64,000 bases of DNA from Schleiferiaceae bacterium. GTDB lineage: Bacteria > Bacteroidota > Bacteroidia > Flavobacteriales > Schleiferiaceae. Shown piece by piece: positions 57,207 to 64,000 of the stretch. Positions within the stretch are counted from its first letter, which is position 1. Each line of letters begins with the position of its first letter. Under the pieces are notes generated by a model, which saw nothing but the letters and a program-made list of their open reading frames with translations, did not search any database and was not told the origin of the DNA. The stretch is from NCBI GenBank assembly GCA_963715655.1, contig OY970262.1:2565236-2629235 (forward strand), given 5' to 3'. A program made the position numbers and the translations under genes.

Positions 57207-59009
57207 CTATTTTCTTTTATTCTTTTCTTGCTGCTCTTGCAACTCACGCATTCTACGCATAAAACGATTTTCTTTTGCGGGTGCTGCTTCCTTTTTCTCC
57301 TGAATCTTAGCGTGAATCTTATCTTCATTCAAATACGCCTTAATGGCAAATTGTTGACCAAATGTAATCATGTTCGCCAAGAAATAGTAATAACTAAGAC
57401 CTGCTGCGTAATTGTTGAAAACACCTAAAAACACTACCGGCATTAAATACACAATATATTTCATTTGCGGATACTGCTGATTCTGACCTGTTAACTGTTG
57501 ATTCATATACGTATAAATCAAAGTAGAAACAGTCATCAATAGCGTAAATAAACTTATATGATCTCCGTAAAACGGTATGTTGAATGGTAAATCATAAATG
57601 GAATCGTAGGTGGATAAATCGGTAGCCCAAAGAAAAGACTGTTGCCTTAATTCAATTGAAGATGGAAAAAAGTTAAACAACGCAATAAGAATTGGCATTT
57701 GCAGCAATACCGGAATACAACCACCTAAAGGGTTTACACCTGCCTGTTTATAAAGTGCCATGGTAGCTTGCTGCTTAGCCATTGCATCTTTACCCTTATG
57801 TTTTTCATTTAACGCATCAATTTCTGGTTTTAGCACACGCATTTTTGCCATACTACGATATGAAGTGTAGGTAAGCGGGAAAATGACAATTTTAATTAAG
57901 AGCGCTATAATTAAAATGATAAGTCCGTAGTTTAAACCATAACCTTCTAACCAGTTGAAAATATTGATAATAACACCACGATTTATCCAACCTAAAATTC
58001 CCCAACCCAATGGAATAACCTTTTCAAAACTATAACCGTACGCTTCTAATACTTCATATTTATTAGGCCCTAAATACAAACCCATTTCTGAATTTATATC
58101 TTCACCTAATGCCCCTAAATCTACACGTGCTAAATACTTTTTGGTTAAATCTTCCGCTTCTAACGCGTTGGAAAACAACCGAACATCTGTAAAATCTTTG
58201 TTTTTATTGAGTAGGATGGTGGAGAAAAATTGCTGCTTAAAAGCAATCCATTTAGAAGCAGGCAGCGTTTCTTCATCCTCACCGGAAGCTGATAAATCAT
58301 CTAAATCTTCCCCTTCAGAATCATAATATTCAAGATTAGTTTTTTGTCGCTCCGTTTCTATATTTTTTTCTTGACGTAAGGTTACCATTTCCCAAACCAA
58401 ATCAGAGTTTTCTACAATTAGATCTCCCAAGCCATTGGAACGTACTTTCCAATTAAGCATGTAATTATTTGGCTCTAAGCTAAATGTGTATGTAAGGCTA
58501 CCTCCATTTTGCGTTGTTACATTAAAGGAAACTTTGCTTTTATTTGAAGCATTAGCTGTAAAAATAAGCTCACTGGTATTGTAAGTTTTACCATCTGCCT
58601 GTAAGTTTAAATTATGGCCGGCACTTTCCTTTATCAAATAAAGCGGAAGGCTATCCCAAGTTTGGTAATTTTTTAAACGGGCACCAACAATTTGAGCTCC
58701 TTTTCTACTAAATTCTAATTCCAGCACTTCATTCTCAAGCGTAATTGTTTCCTCGCCTTCAATAAGTTGCTCAGTAAAAGGGCCAAAATTATTGACTACT
58801 TTATTAGAGTCAACCGGAATTATGGTGTCGTTTTCTACTAATTTTTTGGTCTCTTCAACTACCTCCGTGCTGTCGTTTGCCTTTTTATCAACTTCGGCAG
58901 CTTCGGCTACAGCATCTGGTGTATTAAAGTAATTGAAAAAAATTAAAATCCCGGCAATCAGTGTTATACCGATTATCGTGTTCCAGTTTATCGATTGTTT
59001 ATCCATCAA
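57207..59009 (-). CDS. yidC: Membrane protein insertase YidC
   Basis: Large periplasmic N-domain followed by conserved C-terminal TM core (GGCIPVLLQMPILIALF). 600 aa. Confidence 0.9.
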   Translation of the reverse strand: MMDKQSINWNTIIGITLIAGILIFFNYFNTPDAVAEAAEVDKKANDSTEVVEETKKLVENDTIIPVDSNKVVNNFGPFTEQLIEGEETITLENEVLELEFSRKGAQIVGARLKNYQTWDSLPLYLIKESAGHNLNLQADGKTYNTSELIFTANASNKSKVSFNVTTQNGGSLTYTFSLEPNNYMLNWKVRSNGLGDLIVENSDLVWEMVTLRQEKNIETERQKTNLEYYDSEGEDLDDLSASGEDEETLPASKWIAFKQQFFSTILLNKNKDFTDVRLFSNALEAEDLTKKYLARVDLGALGEDINSEMGLYLGPNKYEVLEAYGYSFEKVIPLGWGILGWINRGVIINIFNWLEGYGLNYGLIILIIALLIKIVIFPLTYTSYRSMAKMRVLKPEIDALNEKHKGKDAMAKQQATMALYKQAGVNPLGGCIPVLLQMPILIALFNFFPSSIELRQQSFLWATDLSTYDSIYDLPFNIPFYGDHISLFTLLMTVSTLIYTYMNQQLTGQNQQYPQMKYIVYLMPVVFLGVFNNYAAGLSYYYFLANMITFGQQFAIKAYLNEDKIHAKIQEKKEAAPAKENRFMRRMRELQEQQEKNKRK

Positions 59010-59013
59010 TAGT

Positions 59014-60627
<1,614 letters not shown>

Positions 60628-60710
60628 TTATTCCCTGTTGTGAAAAACGGGGCAAAGCTAACCAAAAAAGGCAGATTTAAAGGGCTAGTTTGGCTTTACT
60701 ATTGCGCCAA

Positions 60711-61673
60711 TTAAAGTAGTTGCTTAATAATATCCTCAATCTTAATTCCTTCGGCTTCGGCTTTGTAGTTACGCACTACTCTGTGCCTTAATATTGGCTC
60801 AGCTACGGCAAGCACATCTTCCTTATCGGGAGAAAATTTTCCGCGCAAAGCGGCATGGGCTTTAGCACCTAAAATAAGGTATTGAGAGGCACGTGGGCCT
60901 GCACCCCAAGCAATATATTTATTGGTAATATCTTTAGCTCTTGCACCATTTGGCCGTGTAGCAGTAACTAAACCTACCGCAAATTCATAAACAGAATCAG
61001 TTACCGGTAGCTTCCTAATTAAATTTTGGAAATCAATAATTTCCTGACTCGTAAGCACTTCGTTTACCGTTTCCACAGTTTTGCCCGTGGTACTTTTTAC
61101 GATGTTTAATTCTTCTTCAAACGTTGGGTAGCCTACTTCTATGTGAAACATAAAACGGTCTAACTGTGCTTCCGGCAAGGGATACGTTCCTTCCTGCTCA
61201 ATGGGATTTTGCGTGGCCAACACAAAGAAAGGCTCAGCCATTTTATAGGTATTGCCTGCTGCGGTAACCGAACGCTCTTGCATCGCTTCAAGCAAAGCAC
61301 TTTGCGTTTTTGGTGGCGTACGGTTAATTTCATCTGCCAAAATGATATTGGCAAATAAAGGGCCCTTTATAAACTTAAACTTGCGCGCGTCATCTAAAAT
61401 TTCTGCCCCTATAATATCAGAAGGCATTAAATCTGGCGTAAACTGTATTCTGTTAAAATCTAAACCTAAAGCTTGCGCTGTGGTGTTTACCAAAAGTGTT
61501 TTTGCTAAACCAGGCACACCCACCAATAAAGAATGTCCGCGTGAAAAAATTGAAAGAATGAGTAAATCAACCACTTTTTCTTGACCAACTATTACTTTAC
61601 CTATTTCCGCTTTTAAGGCTTCGTACTTTTTACCAAGCTGCTGTACTGCAGCTACATCCGTGTTATTCGACAT
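60711..61673 (-). CDS. MoxR-family AAA+ ATPase
   Basis: Walker A VGVPGLAKT. 320 aa with typical MoxR length and motifs. Confidence 0.9.
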   Translation of the reverse strand: MSNNTDVAAVQQLGKKYEALKAEIGKVIVGQEKVVDLLILSIFSRGHSLLVGVPGLAKTLLVNTTAQALGLDFNRIQFTPDLMPSDIIGAEILDDARKFKFIKGPLFANIILADEINRTPPKTQSALLEAMQERSVTAAGNTYKMAEPFFVLATQNPIEQEGTYPLPEAQLDRFMFHIEVGYPTFEEELNIVKSTTGKTVETVNEVLTSQEIIDFQNLIRKLPVTDSVYEFAVGLVTATRPNGARAKDITNKYIAWGAGPRASQYLILGAKAHAALRGKFSPDKEDVLAVAEPILRHRVVRNYKAEAEGIKIEDIIKQLL

Positions 61674-63036
61674 ATTGTGAAGACCTTTTTATCCAGCCAC
61701 TTCTAAATTCGCAATCTAAATATGAGTTATTTACTCTTATATAGGTTGTGTTTACTTTTTCTTCAATCCACTTGCTAAGCAGCTTATTTTTTTTGTCTTC
61801 TTTGGCTATATTTTGCAAAAGCTGATAATCGGTTTTCATTTCTGCTCGATGCGCTGATGTTTTATCCAACACCTGTATTAACTTAAATACCTCACGACCA
61901 TCCGGCTCACGATAAAAAGTTGGCTCTGAAATTTCTCCAATTTTTACGCTCTCAATGGTATAAAAATCAGCTTTATCCAACTGTCCCGTTTCCCATCTGC
62001 TATCACCCGTTTGGGGGTTTATCGCTATGCCACCATTTAACTTAGAATTTTCATCATCTGATATTTGCTCGGCTGCATCTGCAAAACTTACAACACCCGT
62101 AATAATTGCTTTTTGAACGCTATCTAAATACATTTTGGCACCTTCTAAATTTTCTGAAGAAATTTTCGGCTTAATTAAGATGTGGCGTAAATCTAGCTCC
62201 TCTCCTCTTCTACGTTGCAATTGCACTATATGATAACCGTATTCCGTTTTAAATGGGTCAGAAATTTCACCCGCTTTTAAATTAAATGCTACCGCTTCAA
62301 ATTCTTTTACAAATTGCCCTCTTTTAATACCTAAATATTCGCCTCCATTTTTTGCAGAACCAGGATCTTCTGAATAAAGTACCGCCAAGGTGGCAAACGA
62401 AGAACCGTTGCTAATACGTTCTTTAAATCCTGATAATTTTTCAATAGCTTCTTGCTTTGCATCAGCACTTACAATAGGATATTTTAAAATTTGAGCATAC
62501 TCTACCTGTGCATTTACCAAAGGCAAACTATCCTTAGGCACACGTTTAAAAAAAGTACGCACTTCAGTAGGTGTAATTTCCACATCGCCCGTAATTTTTT
62601 GAAGCATCTGTTGTGCTACCATTTGATTTTCTACATAAGGGCGCATCTCTTCCTTAATTTCAATAATGCTCTTTTTATAATACTGCTCCAGCTTTTGCTT
62701 GCTACCAATCTGTTGTATAAAAACGCCTATTCTACGCTCAATGGTTTGGTCAATTTGATCAGGAGAAACTTCTACTGAATCAATATCCGCTTGGTGTAAG
62801 AGTAGTTTTTCAAGTAGTAAATCTTCAAAAATATCACATTTGTCTGCTTCACCTTGGCGGGATACCTGCTGATACTGCTGATCTATATCTGATATAAGTA
62901 CAATGTTTTTACCCACTACCGAAGCCACGCCATCAATAGCTTTTGGCTGGGCTGCGCAGGTTAATGTTAGGAATAAGGCAAAGCCTAAAAATCTATAACT
63001 CAAAATGTATGTTTTATCAAAAAGTTTCAAATTCAT
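61663..63036 (-). CDS. Peptidyl-prolyl cis-trans isomerase, SurA/parvulin (PpiC) type
   Basis: Signal peptide, SurA-like N-domain, and a parvulin motif (FKTEYGYHIVQL). Confidence 0.8.
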   Translation of the reverse strand: MNLKLFDKTYILSYRFLGFALFLTLTCAAQPKAIDGVASVVGKNIVLISDIDQQYQQVSRQGEADKCDIFEDLLLEKLLLHQADIDSVEVSPDQIDQTIERRIGVFIQQIGSKQKLEQYYKKSIIEIKEEMRPYVENQMVAQQMLQKITGDVEITPTEVRTFFKRVPKDSLPLVNAQVEYAQILKYPIVSADAKQEAIEKLSGFKERISNGSSFATLAVLYSEDPGSAKNGGEYLGIKRGQFVKEFEAVAFNLKAGEISDPFKTEYGYHIVQLQRRRGEELDLRHILIKPKISSENLEGAKMYLDSVQKAIITGVVSFADAAEQISDDENSKLNGGIAINPQTGDSRWETGQLDKADFYTIESVKIGEISEPTFYREPDGREVFKLIQVLDKTSAHRAEMKTDYQLLQNIAKEDKKNKLLSKWIEEKVNTTYIRVNNSYLDCEFRSGWIKRSSQYVE

Positions 63037-63895
63037 TGTTGCTTAACGCATCTTCCAGCAATTTCTTTTCTAAATCATCCAGCAATGCTGATTTTCTTTG
63101 ATTTAAAATAATGTTACGAATAATATTGCGCACAAATGGGAGGGGTGAATTACTATCTGCAATTTTAAACGCCTTAATACGAAGCAAATAGACTAAACCA
63201 TTTTGCTTTAATTCTACAATTCTATTTCTATTTAAAAACTCTACTTGGTTGTAAGTTTCAATGGGAATTTTAGAGGTTAGCACATCAAAACTAATCCAAG
63301 AAGTATCACTCAAAGAAAACTCGCGCGCGTATTTTTGCGCATAATTTTTTAGCGGTAGTCTATCTTTTTTATCATCAGACTTAAACCAACTTATAGCTTT
63401 AGTTAGTTGAGGCGCTTCATTACTGATTATCATATACTCTACACGCACAATATTTTGCTTTAATAAAAAATTGTCCATGTGTTCCTCATAATACCTTTGA
63501 ATTTCAGAAGCTTTCACGTTAGTATCCAAACGTTGTGTAACATACTCTTGCTTATAAGTAAAGGTTAATAAATCGTTTCGATAGGCATCAATCTGTTTTT
63601 TGAAATCCTTAGTACTAGCCGTTAAATTATACTCTGCTTTAGCAATTAATAACTGCTCCTTAGCCCATACGCTAATAAAATTGCTTATTAAGCTGCTACT
63701 ATCTTCCGGAGCAGTTCCTTCGGGTACAATGCCTTCAATATCGCGCTGATACAGATAACTTCCGTACACTCTGGCTACCACTTCTCCTTCTTTTTCTTCA
63801 TCAGAAGTAAAGGGCATTTCAAAATTACTGCATCCACAACTTAAATAAGCCACAGAAACCAAAACCATTACACTATGTAGTGTATTAATCTTCAA
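63017..63895 (-). CDS. SurA-N-like periplasmic chaperone/PPIase-related protein (hypothetical)
   Basis: TTG start and signal peptide. Called from synteny with the adjacent PPIase and a coiled, SurA-N-like composition. No parvulin motif was seen. Confidence 0.45.
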   Translation of the reverse strand: MKINTLHSVMVLVSVAYLSCGCSNFEMPFTSDEEKEGEVVARVYGSYLYQRDIEGIVPEGTAPEDSSSLISNFISVWAKEQLLIAKAEYNLTASTKDFKKQIDAYRNDLLTFTYKQEYVTQRLDTNVKASEIQRYYEEHMDNFLLKQNIVRVEYMIISNEAPQLTKAISWFKSDDKKDRLPLKNYAQKYAREFSLSDTSWISFDVLTSKIPIETYNQVEFLNRNRIVELKQNGLVYLLRIKAFKIADSNSPLPFVRNIIRNIILNQRKSALLDDLEKKLLEDALSNNEFETF

Positions 63896-64000
63896 GTTCG
63901 GCTTCTACTTTATCCATTACTTCATCATTTACGGTAACATTATACTTACCCTTAAGCTCTTTTAACCATTCTTTTTCTAAATACGTGGTATAATCACTCA
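63885..64000 (-). CDS. 3' end of an upstream gene (partial, continues beyond window)
   Basis: Open minus-strand frame ending ... VNDEVMDKVEAELED*. It overlaps the start of the next gene. Confidence 0.3.
   Translation of the reverse strand, partial: SDYTTYLEKEWLKELKGKYNVTVNDEVMDKVEAELED

Overview
This window is AT-rich DNA with Bacteroidetes (Flavobacteriia-like) coding features: T9SS C-terminal sorting domains, a Bacteroidetes-type tyrosine integrase, and valS/pyrG/yidC/murB synteny. From ~50.1 kb onward it is ordinary core genome (metallopeptidase lipoprotein, valS, DUF1573 protein, aminotransferase, murB, yidC, pyrG, moxR-like ATPase, parvulin PPIases). The first ~50 kb is an accessory mosaic bounded by two inverted near-identical T9SS-secreted paralog genes (6599-8188 and 48357-49943). 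In order, it contains: a 5'-truncated integrase, decayed transposase fragments, a giant beta-helix T9SS protein, and a tightly packed 5-gene operon (8833-15388). That operon holds a nuclease-methyltransferase fusion and an HsdS-like specificity subunit, followed by three uncharacterised genes: a small P-loop protein, a B3/EcoRII-N-like + PD-(D/E)xK-like protein, and a ParB/DGQHR-like + NDT/TIR-like fusion. This operon is the best candidate for an undescribed defence system. Further on come an intact IS3-family element with an A_AAA_AAG frameshift site, a ~2.1-kb array of ~500-570-bp complex tandem repeats with internal 11-bp GT-rich iterons, a Prim-Pol/DUF3987/excisionase-like replication-mobilisation module, a sodium:solute symporter, a yjfI-pspA-nfeD-flotillin operon ending in a 1640-aa AAA+ protein, an XRE-S24/PLD-nuclease gene pair, and a cyanophycin cluster (iaaA-cphB-cphA). 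A low-GC two-gene cassette containing a SIR2-like protein is flanked by short interspersed repeats and followed by a ParE/RelE-type toxin-antitoxin pair. No rRNA, tRNA or CRISPR array was found.
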